From: an uncultured bacterium
GTDB taxonomy: Bacteria; Acidobacteriota; Thermoanaerobaculia; Multivoradales; JAHZIX01
Length of the DNA stretch: 64,000 nucleotides
Direction: 5' to 3'
Assembly (NCBI GenBank): GCA_965368975.1
Contig: CBDUPA010000017.1
Coordinates: forward strand, 1 to 64,000
The translations under genes and the position numbers were made by a program. The number at the start of each line of letters is the position of its first letter. The first letter of the stretch is position 1. Shown here piece by piece: positions 18,880 through 28,140 of the stretch. The notes under the pieces are model-generated. The model ran no database searches and had not been told where the DNA came from. It was given only the letters and a program-made list of their open reading frames with translations.

Positions 18880-20822
18880 GGCAGGCTCCGATGGAAGATC
18901 TCGAACCAGTTCTCGGCCAGCTTGTGCACCGGGTGGCGGCGGCCGAAGGTGAGGTGATGCGTGTCCGGCGGCCGCTTGTGCACCGGTGCCGGCCGGCCGT
19001 CGACGTCCAGGGTGACGTCGAGGGTGAGGAAGTCGAAGGCAATGCGCGCGGCGAACGGAGCTCGCCGCTGCAAGCGCAGGACCGGGATGGCGGCCCAGCT
19101 CAGTAGCTCTTCCAATTCGTCGGCCGAAAAGTCCTGTTGCAGGTGGTGGATGGCGCTCTTGGGAATCATGCGCATGTCGACCGCCGGGCGCGCCGCGTCG
19201 TCGCCCGAGTGCAGCGGTGGCTGGTACCAGGCGGCGACGCCCCAGCCGTCGAGCAAAGGCTGGCCGGCCGGTAGCAGGCGCAGCTCGTCGGTACCGCTGT
19301 GTCGCAGCACGATGTCGAAGCTGGCGCGCACTGGTCGCCGCTCCCACTGCGGTCGGTAGGTGCTGGCGACGAAGGCGCCGACCCCGCGCACCACCGCCAG
19401 CTTGCGCCCGCGGTCGCCCTCGTCGGCGGAAATGGGGACCTGGACGCCGAGTTCACGCAGGCAGCGGCGCACCGCCGAACGGAAGCCGGCCAGCAGGCTG
19501 CTGCGGCCGCTGAGCACCACCTGCGTGACGCTGCTCAGCTCTTCACGCGGTAGCGACAGCAACAGGGTCCGTACCGCCAGCGCCAGGTAGCGCCGGTGCG
19601 CCTGCAGCAGCGCCTTCTCCAGAGAGGTGCCGTCGTCGGTGCGGTCGGGCCAGCCGTAGCCGCGTAGTGCGTCGGCCAGGCGGGCGATGGCGGCGCGCGT
19701 GGCACGGTCGTCGAGGGTCGCGGTGTCTTCGACCGGCGGGCGTTGGTCCTGGGCCGCGAACGGATCCGGCGGCAGGCCGGTGTCGCCGTCGTCGCCGTGG
19801 CTGGCTGCGACGGGCCAGTCGTCGTCGAAATCGTCGTCCACGTCGACCTGGCCGGCGTCGCTCAAGTGCTGTTCCTTCTGCTCTTGCGACGTGCGCAGGC
19901 GCTGCGAGATCTCATCCATGTCGAGGCTCTCGAACGGCCCGTGCAGGCGTGCGGCGAAGGCGTCCAGGTCCATGCCGCCGACCGGCAGGCCGACGTGCGC
20001 CAGCACGCGCAAGAAGCCTTCCTCGGCGCGCACGATCGAGGCATCGGTGGTGCCGGCACCGGCGTCGACCACCAGGACCGTCGAGTCCTTGGTCGGCGTG
20101 TCGGCGAGCGCCGGCCGTGCCACCGCTCCGTAGGCGACCGCCTCGGCTTCGAGCAGGGTCAGCACCTTGGGCACTTCCGGCGTGCGCAGCGCCGCGGCGA
20201 CACCGTATCCGACGCCGCGCGCCAGCACGTCGATGGCGGCGCGTGGGAAGGCGTTGGGCACCGTGATGTAGATGCGAAACTCGCGCCCGGCCAGCAGCTC
20301 GGTGATCGGCGTGCCGTGCGAGGTGTGGGCACGCTCGAGCGCGATGCGGCAGACGGCGGCGACGTCGAGCACGGCGGTCGGCTGCCAGGCGCCGCTCTCG
20401 TCGCAGCGCGCCAGCCATTCGATGCGGCGCTTGAGGCAGGGGTAGTACTCCCAGGTCGGGGCCGAGGTGTCACCGGTACGCTGGAAGTAGGGACGGAAGT
20501 TGAGGTCGTAGTTGTCGCTCAGCGCCGAGCAGCCGAGGTCCTGGCGACGTCCGAGGTAGGCTTCGAGCAAGGGCTCGCCGTCGAAGCGCAACTCCTCGAA
20601 GGCGTGGTTGCCGCCGACCAGCGCGGCGGCGATGGCACTGGTGCCGAAGTCGATCGCCAGATCCGGGCCGCGGCCGTGGCTGTAGTCGCCGGTCTCGGCT
20701 TCCTCGGCGACCGGGAACTCGACGTCGGGCGGCGTCAGGCGCGTTCCGAGGTCGATGGCGATCAGCTGCTGGAGGCGGCTGCGCCGGGGGTGCAGGCTGT
20801 CGAGATCGACGGGGTCATGCAT
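18876..20822 (-). CDS. Divergent Hsp70/actin-fold (ASKHA) ATPase
   Basis: Start reassigned to ATG 20822 (TGATG overlap). Motifs in canonical order: LAIDFGTS (phosphate 1), IYITVPNAF, LLEAEAVAY, VLVVDAGAGTTDASIV (phosphate 2), GGMDLD, VVLSGRSS (adenosine), LAVVRG. Confidence 0.8.
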   Translation of the reverse strand: MHDPVDLDSLHPRRSRLQQLIAIDLGTRLTPPDVEFPVAEEAETGDYSHGRGPDLAIDFGTSAIAAALVGGNHAFEELRFDGEPLLEAYLGRRQDLGCSALSDNYDLNFRPYFQRTGDTSAPTWEYYPCLKRRIEWLARCDESGAWQPTAVLDVAAVCRIALERAHTSHGTPITELLAGREFRIYITVPNAFPRAAIDVLARGVGYGVAAALRTPEVPKVLTLLEAEAVAYGAVARPALADTPTKDSTVLVVDAGAGTTDASIVRAEEGFLRVLAHVGLPVGGMDLDAFAARLHGPFESLDMDEISQRLRTSQEQKEQHLSDAGQVDVDDDFDDDWPVAASHGDDGDTGLPPDPFAAQDQRPPVEDTATLDDRATRAAIARLADALRGYGWPDRTDDGTSLEKALLQAHRRYLALAVRTLLLSLPREELSSVTQVVLSGRSSLLAGFRSAVRRCLRELGVQVPISADEGDRGRKLAVVRGVGAFVASTYRPQWERRPVRASFDIVLRHSGTDELRLLPAGQPLLDGWGVAAWYQPPLHSGDDAARPAVDMRMIPKSAIHHLQQDFSADELEELLSWAAIPVLRLQRRAPFAARIAFDFLTLDVTLDVDGRPAPVHKRPPDTHHLTFGRRHPVHKLAENWFEIFHRSLP

Positions 20823-23800
20823 CAGAAGTCGTCCTCGTCGTCGATGGGGATGAAGCGGGGGGGCGACACATCCTGGGGTGCTGCCGGTGGGGTGGTCGGT
20901 GCGGGGCTCGAGGCTCCAGTCGACACCTCGCCCGACACCTCGCCCGACACCCCTTCTGACCCGCGGTTGGCCGAGGTCTCCGATGCCTTCTCCTGCGCCC
21001 TCAGGGCCTGCGGGGAGGAGGACAGCGAGGACGTCGACTCGTCCGCCAGCAGGCGGCGCGGGGTGCTGGTGTCCGGATGCTCGGCGTCGAGACGCAGGGT
21101 GCCGGCTTCGCGCATCAGCTCGGCGGTGGTGCCTTCGGTGGCCTCCCAGACGCGCACGCCCAGCACCTGGTCGACCGCTGCCAGTTCGCTGCGGTCGATG
21201 CACTCGATGACCAGGCGGTCCTGGCCTTGGTCGTGGCTCTGGTGCACCCTCAGTTCGTAGGGTTGGAGCGCGCCGGGTGGACGCGTGGGGTCGAGATACT
21301 CGACCCAGTCGCGCAGAGTCTCGTCGTCGAGGCCGCTGCGCACCTCGTCCGGGGCATTGTCGCTCCACTCGATGCGCGCCGCGCCGGCCACCGCCGGCCC
21401 GGTGGTCAGGGTGATCGTAAAGGCTCCCTGACCGCTGTGGTGGCCGTCGCTGAGCAACACCGGCAGAATCTCGCTGCGGTTCGGTTCGGCAGCACAGTGC
21501 CACTCGGCGCGACCGATCTCTACCGTTGCCCCCGGTTGCGCGAAGTAGCCGCGCAGGAACCAGCCGCGCTTGGCGTCCCAGGAGAGTAGGTAGCCGGCGC
21601 TGCGCGGGGGGCCTTGCAGGCTGCCGCCGCGTGGTGCCCCTGGGTGAGGGGGGCCGTCCTGCCCGCTGCCTTCCAGATCGCTGTCTTCCAGATCGCTGCC
21701 TTCCAGATCGCCGTGCAGGCGCGACAGCGTGGGTTGTTCGAGCGCCAGCCACAGGGTACGGCCGGCGAGGTCTTCGCGCAGGGTCACCGGCTGGCCCGGT
21801 GCCCAGCCGGCGCCGAACTGGCTGGGCAGCACGCCGCCGTCGGTCAGCTGCGTGCGGCAGCGCGTGAAGGCGCCAGGGTGGAAGGACACGGCCCCGGTGC
21901 CGGCCGCACCGCCGCTGGGCTTGACGTTGAACAGGCCGCGCCCGAGGTAGAGGGTCGGTCGAGGGCTGCCGGGCACCAGGTCGAGGCGTCGCGGATCGTC
22001 GTCCTTGACGGCGTAGAGCGGCGAGAAGGAGCGCAGCAAGAAGTCACTGTCCGGCGGGAACAGCGGCAGGCCGCTACGGCTCACCCAGGCGATCATGCGC
22101 CGGTGGCCACCGCCGGCGCGGGCGAAGAACAGCTCGCGACGGTCGTAGCGGCAGATGAAGCCCCAGAGCGAGATCCAGATGGCCGGTGGTTCCGGGCGCA
22201 GGGTGAGCAGCAGGCTCTTGCCAGCGCCAGTGCGCAGGGCCGGGGCGACCGGCCGCAGGTAGCTCCACGGCACCGGCTCGGGAGCGTAGAGGCCGCCCCA
22301 ACGGCGCACCGTCTCGTTCTGACGTCGCGCCGGGCCACCGACCTCCTCGGTGGCCACCACTAGCACCGGTGCACTGCCGCCCGACCATTCGGTGGGGTGG
22401 AGATCCCCGGCGTCGCGCTGCTCGCCGCCGCGCTGGCCGCCGCGCTGGTCGCTGGGTGGCCGCCGCCAGCGCACATAGCCCCCGGCACTGCCCAGGGCCT
22501 CGCCGGCCATCGGTCGCCCCAGCTGGTCGCGGAAGCGCCAGCGGTCGGGGTCGAGGTAGAGCCGCTGCGGCGCCAGTTCGCTCTCCTGGTCGACCGCGAA
22601 GCGCTCTTCGATGCCGTCGAGCTCGGCACGCAGGTCACCGGCGTAGTCGAAGCCGCGGGGCTCGAGGGTCAGCCCGGGCAAGGCGGGAGCACCGGCGGGC
22701 AGCCAGCGCGGCACGGTCAGGCACAGCAGCTCGCCCTCGCCGCTGCCGGTGCGCAGCTGCCAGGCGACGCTCGCTTTGCGCCGGGCGATACGGTGGATCA
22801 CCGGTCGCTCGGGGGCTCCGGGCGGCAGTGGGTCGACGGCGGTCAGCTCGAAGCACGCGGGATCCCTCTGCCACTGCACGTCGCCCCAGGTGCCACGGGG
22901 GCCTGCCGCCGTCAGATACCAGCAGCGCTGGCTCTGCGGCCCATAGCCATCGACGTTGCCGGCGTCGTTCACGGTCACGTCCCAGGGCAAGCCGGGGAGC
23001 AAGCCGGCCGGCAGCCGTGGCGGCAGCACGACCTCGGGCCGCGTCACCACCTCGGCGTTGAACGGCAAGTCGGCGTCTTCGTCGGCGACCAGGCGACTGC
23101 GCCGGCCACCGATGCGGGCCAGCAAGTCGACGGCTTCCAGGCGTAGCGGCACGTCGACTTCGAGCTGTCGTGGGACGAGCGCAGTGCTCCCCAGGGTGCC
23201 TGGGCCCGTGACCGGTTCGGTATCCGTGTAGACCACCAGCGGTGGCTCGAGGGTCAGGCGGCGGTAGCTGGGCAGAGGATCGTCGTCGGCCAGGCGCAGG
23301 GTGCCGCGCCACGTCAGGTCCTCGCCGGTGGGCTCGAGCCGCAGGGATTGTGTCCCGTTGGCGCCGAGGTCGCCTGCCACCGTGACCCGGCAGTCGAGCG
23401 GCCGGGGGTTGTCCTGCAACAAGTCGGCCCAGGCGGGGTAGAGGCCGGTGCAGGTCCAGCTCACTTCCAGCGCCACGCCACGGTGCAGGCGTAGGTAGCG
23501 CCAGCTGAGCACCGGCTCGCCGCCCTGCCAGCCCAGGCTGGCCAGCTGGTGCGGCCCGGGTTGTAGGCGTGGTTGTAGGGGCACCCATGGGTGCGGTGGT
23601 GGCAGGTCGGGCAGCTGCAGCTCGATGCCGCGCTCGTCGTCGGCGACGGTGAAGGTGAGGCGATCACCAATGCGGCTGCGCCGCCGATGCACCGTGCCGG
23701 GCTCGGGCGCGAAGCTCTGCCAGCGCAGGTACCAGCCGTCGGCTTCGAGCTCGGTCGCGTCGAGCAGCCGGCGCAGCGCGTGTTGCTGCAGCTGGTCGAG

Positions 23801-23932
23801 CAGCTCGGCGGGCCCATCGCCGTCCAGGTAGCGCACGCTGGCCTCGTGGGTTCCTTGTGGTAGGCGGATCTCTCCCCGCCAACCGCGAGCGGGTCGGCCG
23901 AGGAAAGCGCGGGCGAGGTTGCGGGCTGCCAT
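20822..23932 (-). CDS. Large hypothetical cytoplasmic protein (1036 aa) with a probable FHA-like domain near the C-terminus
   Basis: Start reassigned to ATG 23932 with a GGAG RBS inside the end of the upstream gene. No signal peptide. The AGR..LALEQPTLSRLH..W.L segment resembles the FHA GR/SxxH motif. Acidic C-terminus. Confidence 0.65.
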   Translation of the reverse strand: MAARNLARAFLGRPARGWRGEIRLPQGTHEASVRYLDGDGPAELLDQLQQHALRRLLDATELEADGWYLRWQSFAPEPGTVHRRRSRIGDRLTFTVADDERGIELQLPDLPPPHPWVPLQPRLQPGPHQLASLGWQGGEPVLSWRYLRLHRGVALEVSWTCTGLYPAWADLLQDNPRPLDCRVTVAGDLGANGTQSLRLEPTGEDLTWRGTLRLADDDPLPSYRRLTLEPPLVVYTDTEPVTGPGTLGSTALVPRQLEVDVPLRLEAVDLLARIGGRRSRLVADEDADLPFNAEVVTRPEVVLPPRLPAGLLPGLPWDVTVNDAGNVDGYGPQSQRCWYLTAAGPRGTWGDVQWQRDPACFELTAVDPLPPGAPERPVIHRIARRKASVAWQLRTGSGEGELLCLTVPRWLPAGAPALPGLTLEPRGFDYAGDLRAELDGIEERFAVDQESELAPQRLYLDPDRWRFRDQLGRPMAGEALGSAGGYVRWRRPPSDQRGGQRGGEQRDAGDLHPTEWSGGSAPVLVVATEEVGGPARRQNETVRRWGGLYAPEPVPWSYLRPVAPALRTGAGKSLLLTLRPEPPAIWISLWGFICRYDRRELFFARAGGGHRRMIAWVSRSGLPLFPPDSDFLLRSFSPLYAVKDDDPRRLDLVPGSPRPTLYLGRGLFNVKPSGGAAGTGAVSFHPGAFTRCRTQLTDGGVLPSQFGAGWAPGQPVTLREDLAGRTLWLALEQPTLSRLHGDLEGSDLEDSDLEGSGQDGPPHPGAPRGGSLQGPPRSAGYLLSWDAKRGWFLRGYFAQPGATVEIGRAEWHCAAEPNRSEILPVLLSDGHHSGQGAFTITLTTGPAVAGAARIEWSDNAPDEVRSGLDDETLRDWVEYLDPTRPPGALQPYELRVHQSHDQGQDRLVIECIDRSELAAVDQVLGVRVWEATEGTTAELMREAGTLRLDAEHPDTSTPRRLLADESTSSLSSSPQALRAQEKASETSANRGSEGVSGEVSGEVSTGASSPAPTTPPAAPQDVSPPRFIPIDDEDDF

Positions 23933-23940
23933 GTTCGTGT

Positions 23941-26900
23941 CTACTCCTGCAGGGTGCGTCTCGAGGTCGCCCAGCGTTCGACGGCATCGGCCAGCTCGCC
24001 GCCGATCCGGACCGCGATGCCGGACTCCTTCGGGGTCTCGTCGTCGACCAGGACGGCGACCACTAGGCCCCGTGCCGAGGACACCGCGGCGGGTTCGATG
24101 CCGCGCGCGCTGCACACCGCCTCGCCACCTGGGGGCAGGGCGGCGATGACGAAGGCGTGGTAGGTCAAGGTCTCGCGGTCGTCGGACAGCAGCTGGCGCA
24201 GCAGGCCGGCGGCGCGGTCCAGGCGCGCGGGCGGGCTCGGCTCGGCGCTCGATGCGTCCTGATTGTACCGCTGGTAGCCCTGGATGCCGGCAGGGTGCAG
24301 CGGCTGGTCGGGATCCTCGCAGGTGCGACTGCCCAGGCCGGCGCCGGGCGCTGCCTGGCGCAGGGTTTCGAGGTCGCTGAGCAGGGCGCGCCGCGAGCCC
24401 GACCAAGCCGCTGGTCGCGCGCTCGGTCCGGGCGCCGGCACGCCCTCGACGCCGCACAGCCGTGCCACCAGGCGCTGCCAGTCGCGGCGCGCGATCAGCG
24501 CCTCCGGCCAGCTGGCGCGCTCGACCTCGTAGGTCCCGGTCTTGCCACCCCAGCCGCGCGCCGCCAGGTCGCCCAGGCCGGTACGCTGCAGCGGGAAGTA
24601 GGCGGTGCCGCCGCGCTCGGTGCCGCGCGGAGCTTCGAGCACGCGGCGCAGGCCGGCGCGCAGCAGGTCGGCGCCGTCCTCGCCGAGCACCACCCGACCG
24701 GCACGCGCCTCGCCGCAGCCGGCGCGGAACAGGCAGGGGGCGACGCCGCGGCCGTCGAGGCGGGCGGCGGGGGCGAAGAGCGCCGCCAGACCGAGCGTCG
24801 ACGTCTGGACGCTCGACTGGCCGATCGCCATCATCGCGACCTGCAGTTCCAGCCTGCCGTCGTCGACGCTGCGCCGTACCTGCACCGGTTCGCCGTCGTA
24901 GAACTCTTCCGCCGCCGCACCGCTGCCGCGACGGGTGCGCGGATCGAGGCGCCCGGGGCTGGGCACGCCGGGATAGGCGAAATCGCGTCCTGGTAGCAAG
25001 GCGGGGATACTGGTACGGCGGCGCTCTCGCAGCGGACCTTGGAGCGCGCTGGGCTGGAACCAGCGGTGCTCCAGCGATACGGCAATGTCGTCCCCGAAGC
25101 GCAGCTCGGCGGGCGCGCGCCCGGCGGGCGGGAAGGGTCGCGGCTGCGGCTGGAAGCCGGCGGCGAGCAGCACGCCGTAGAGGCTGCGCGGCGGTGCCGG
25201 CTCTGCCTCGCCCGCCGTCGCCGCGGAATCTGACGCGAAGTCGACGGCCAGGCCGTGTTGCAGGCGCTGTGCCAGGATTTCACCGGTTGTCGGCTGCGTG
25301 CGGCGTCCACGCTCCGCCAGCGCCGAACCCGGCAGCAGCAGCGTGACGCCGTCCCTACCGCTACGCAGCAGGCGCAGGGCGTCCGCATCGACGCCGGTCG
25401 ACGCTGGGTCGTAGGCCCTCAACTCGTGCAGGCTGGCGGGGGTGGCATCCAGGTGGCGCAGGGCGCTGAGCAGGAAGAAGCTGTTACAGCTCTCGGCGAA
25501 GCGGCGCACGAAGGTACAGCTGGTGAAGCCGGCGTCGCCGGCGGGCAGAAGGTGCGGGCCGGTGCTGCAGCGCGGGGGCCGCCGCGGACGCTCTTCGCCT
25601 GGTCGTTGCAGCCAGACCTGACCGCCTTTGCCGGTACGCTGGGCGCGTTCATCCCGCGTCTCGATGACGCCGAGGTCGAAGCGTGGGGGCGGCACCGCGC
25701 CGGCACGCGTGGCGCCGCCGAGCAGGCCGCCACTGTTGATCAGCGCGTAGCCGCCCGCGACCTTGAGTGTCGAGCCGGCGGCGCCGCGGCGCAAGAAGGC
25801 CAGATTGGCGGTCGCTTCGACTTGGCCTGAGCCGAGTTCCCAGGCACTGACGCGCGGCCGCGTGCCGCTGCCGGAACTCTCGGGCGACCAGTTGACGGCG
25901 GCCAGCACGGCGCCGTCGTCGGCGTCCAGAATCACGGCGGTCACCGGTGTGCCTTCGCTGGCCTCGACCACCTCTCGCGCGTGCCGCTCGACGATCGCGG
26001 CGGCGGCCAGCTGCAGGTCAGCGTCGACGGTCAGTTCGAAGGCTTCGCGCTCCTGCTTGTCGTTCTGCGCCCGGCGACGCTGTGCGATGCCGCCGCCGTC
26101 GTACCGCCATTCGCGCACCGCCGCCTCGACACCGGCTAGGGCCGTTTCGCCGCCGAGCAGTGGTTCCAGGCCACCCGCGTCGCTGAACTCGCGCGCGAAC
26201 CGGCGCCCGCCGTCGGCCGGATCGGTGCGCGCCAGCCACGGCTCGCCGCGGTCGACGACGGTCAAGCGCCAGGGTGGTAGGGAGAACTCCGTGTCTTCGC
26301 CCAGCGTGCTGCCGGTCGTCTCGTGCGCCGCACCGGGAAGGTCGGGACAGGTACCCGTGGCTTCCAGGGTCAGGCCGTCGACCGTCGAGGCGAAGCGCAG
26401 CGCGCAGCCGGTGCAGCCGGCCTGCGCCGAGGCCGACCACCAGCCGCCGTCGATGCCCTTGCCCGCGGCGCTGTTGCCCGCGGCGCTGTTACCGGCCTCC
26501 GAGGGTAACGTGACAGCACCGAGCAGCAGGTACTCGTGGCCGGGTGTGCGGAGTCTCTGCCAGCTCTCGCCTTCGGGCTGGCCGTGGCAGACCAGGCTGG
26601 AGCCGGTGATCGGGGCGTCGTTCTGCCCCGCCTCGGAGGAGCGTGCCAGCGCCAGCGTCGAGACGAGCTCGTCGCCTTGCCACAGTTGCAGCACATGGCG
26701 CGAGGTGGTCGAGCGCGGCAGGACGTCGGGCAAGCGGGATGGCGTCCCCGCGTCCTGGCGATGTACCTGGCGCGTGGTGCCGAAGCGCACGCCCCACAGG
26801 GCGCTCGGCACCGGCTGCGGGATCTCGCCGTCGCCTTGCCATTGCAGGTGCCAGTCGAAGGCCAGCGGCAGCACGGTCGGGTCGCGCAGGTAGCGACCGT

Positions 26901-28140
26901 CGGCGAGCGCGGCCTCGGTGGCGGCAAGCAGGCCGGCGCTGAGGAAGGCGAGCGAGCCGTGGCGAGTCTGGTAGTAGAGGCGCCGCAACTCGTCATCGGG
27001 TGTCGAGGGAGGTTCTCCGGAGGAGGTCGCCTCGAGGAGCGCCTCCTCGGAGGCAGCACAGCCCGGTGCGTCGAGTGGACGCCAGGCCAGGCGCGGAGCG
27101 GCGGTGTCGCTCGCGTCCAGGCACAGCCAGCCGCCGTCGATCAGGCGTTGCAGAGCGTCCTCTCCCTCGAAGTTGACGCGCTGGCGCGACAGGTTGTGCG
27201 GTGTGTAGCGCTGGTGCAGCGGGTGCACGCTGTAGCGCTGCTGCGGCGCGGGCGCCGGGTCCGGTGCTTCTTGCGTCCACAGTCGGCCGAGCCAGCGTCG
27301 ATCGCCGCCGCGGCCGGTTCCCGTGCGCGTCGCGGGATCGGCGCGCGCGCGGTCGACGCGGGCCAGCGTCCAGGTTGGGCGCCTGTCGGGATCCTCTTCT
27401 GTGCCCGGCTGGGCGGGGAGTTCAGCCGAGAGCCGGAAGGGCGTCAAGCCGAGCCACACTTCGTCGCCGTCGAACAGCCGGTAAACCTGCCCAGTGTGCA
27501 GTGGATTGTCGAGTGCTGACGGCAAGTCCCCGGGTTCCCCCGCGGTGGTTTCGTCGAAGGCGGGACGCGCCACGGCCAGGCGGCCGAGTCGATCGTGGAC
27601 TTCGAGGCAGATCGACGCGGACTCTGCGGCGGGCTCTTGTGTCGCTTCTTCCGAGGAGCAGGCGACCACGCGTGCCGCCAGTCCCGGCACGCCATAGGCG
27701 CGTAGCGGGAAGCGCGGGCGCGGGCGGGCGTCGGGGTCGGCCAGGCTGCCGAGCCAGTCGCCGGTGCGCAAGCGCTGGCCGGCGAGCGACACCCGCGGCA
27801 CGCCCCGGGCGCCGATCGAGATGTCGACCAGGGCGTCGCCGACGTGCACGCGCAGTGGCCGTCCGGCGCACACGGTCGCGGGCTCGTCGCCGTCGCGGCC
27901 GAGCACGCGGTAGCAGTCGCGGGCGGGTGCCGCGAAGGGTTGGCGCTCCAAGCTCAGCAGGACGCTGCTTTGGGTGTCCCACTCCCCGGGTAGGTAGAGG
28001 CGGGCCACCGGCGGTGCACCGCGGTCGCCCGCCCAGCGCAGCAGCAGCAGGGTCAGGCCGGTGAGGCACAGACCGGCGAGCGCGGCGAGCAAGAAGGCCG
28101 TGCGGCGCAGGCCCCAGTTGCGGGCACCAGTAGGTCTCAC
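23941..28140 (-). CDS. Very large penicillin-binding transpeptidase-domain protein with N-terminal membrane anchor and FHA-like segment
   Basis: GTG 28140 overlaps the upstream TGA (GTGA). TM AFLLAALAGLCLTGLTLLLL; LTVDADLQ, AVILDADDGAVLA, GSTLK (SxxK), ESCN (SxN), AIGQS, GGKTGT (KTG). Confidence 0.82.
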   Translation of the reverse strand: MRPTGARNWGLRRTAFLLAALAGLCLTGLTLLLLRWAGDRGAPPVARLYLPGEWDTQSSVLLSLERQPFAAPARDCYRVLGRDGDEPATVCAGRPLRVHVGDALVDISIGARGVPRVSLAGQRLRTGDWLGSLADPDARPRPRFPLRAYGVPGLAARVVACSSEEATQEPAAESASICLEVHDRLGRLAVARPAFDETTAGEPGDLPSALDNPLHTGQVYRLFDGDEVWLGLTPFRLSAELPAQPGTEEDPDRRPTWTLARVDRARADPATRTGTGRGGDRRWLGRLWTQEAPDPAPAPQQRYSVHPLHQRYTPHNLSRQRVNFEGEDALQRLIDGGWLCLDASDTAAPRLAWRPLDAPGCAASEEALLEATSSGEPPSTPDDELRRLYYQTRHGSLAFLSAGLLAATEAALADGRYLRDPTVLPLAFDWHLQWQGDGEIPQPVPSALWGVRFGTTRQVHRQDAGTPSRLPDVLPRSTTSRHVLQLWQGDELVSTLALARSSEAGQNDAPITGSSLVCHGQPEGESWQRLRTPGHEYLLLGAVTLPSEAGNSAAGNSAAGKGIDGGWWSASAQAGCTGCALRFASTVDGLTLEATGTCPDLPGAAHETTGSTLGEDTEFSLPPWRLTVVDRGEPWLARTDPADGGRRFAREFSDAGGLEPLLGGETALAGVEAAVREWRYDGGGIAQRRRAQNDKQEREAFELTVDADLQLAAAAIVERHAREVVEASEGTPVTAVILDADDGAVLAAVNWSPESSGSGTRPRVSAWELGSGQVEATANLAFLRRGAAGSTLKVAGGYALINSGGLLGGATRAGAVPPPRFDLGVIETRDERAQRTGKGGQVWLQRPGEERPRRPPRCSTGPHLLPAGDAGFTSCTFVRRFAESCNSFFLLSALRHLDATPASLHELRAYDPASTGVDADALRLLRSGRDGVTLLLPGSALAERGRRTQPTTGEILAQRLQHGLAVDFASDSAATAGEAEPAPPRSLYGVLLAAGFQPQPRPFPPAGRAPAELRFGDDIAVSLEHRWFQPSALQGPLRERRRTSIPALLPGRDFAYPGVPSPGRLDPRTRRGSGAAAEEFYDGEPVQVRRSVDDGRLELQVAMMAIGQSSVQTSTLGLAALFAPAARLDGRGVAPCLFRAGCGEARAGRVVLGEDGADLLRAGLRRVLEAPRGTERGGTAYFPLQRTGLGDLAARGWGGKTGTYEVERASWPEALIARRDWQRLVARLCGVEGVPAPGPSARPAAWSGSRRALLSDLETLRQAAPGAGLGSRTCEDPDQPLHPAGIQGYQRYNQDASSAEPSPPARLDRAAGLLRQLLSDDRETLTYHAFVIAALPPGGEAVCSARGIEPAAVSSARGLVVAVLVDDETPKESGIAVRIGGELADAVERWATSRRTLQE

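Noticed and set aside
18876-20822. Calling this gene dnaK, or the SEDS/PBP genes ftsW/ftsI or rodA/mrdA
   Set aside because: Sizes, insertions, divergence and gene context do not fit the canonical orthologs, so gene symbols were withheld.
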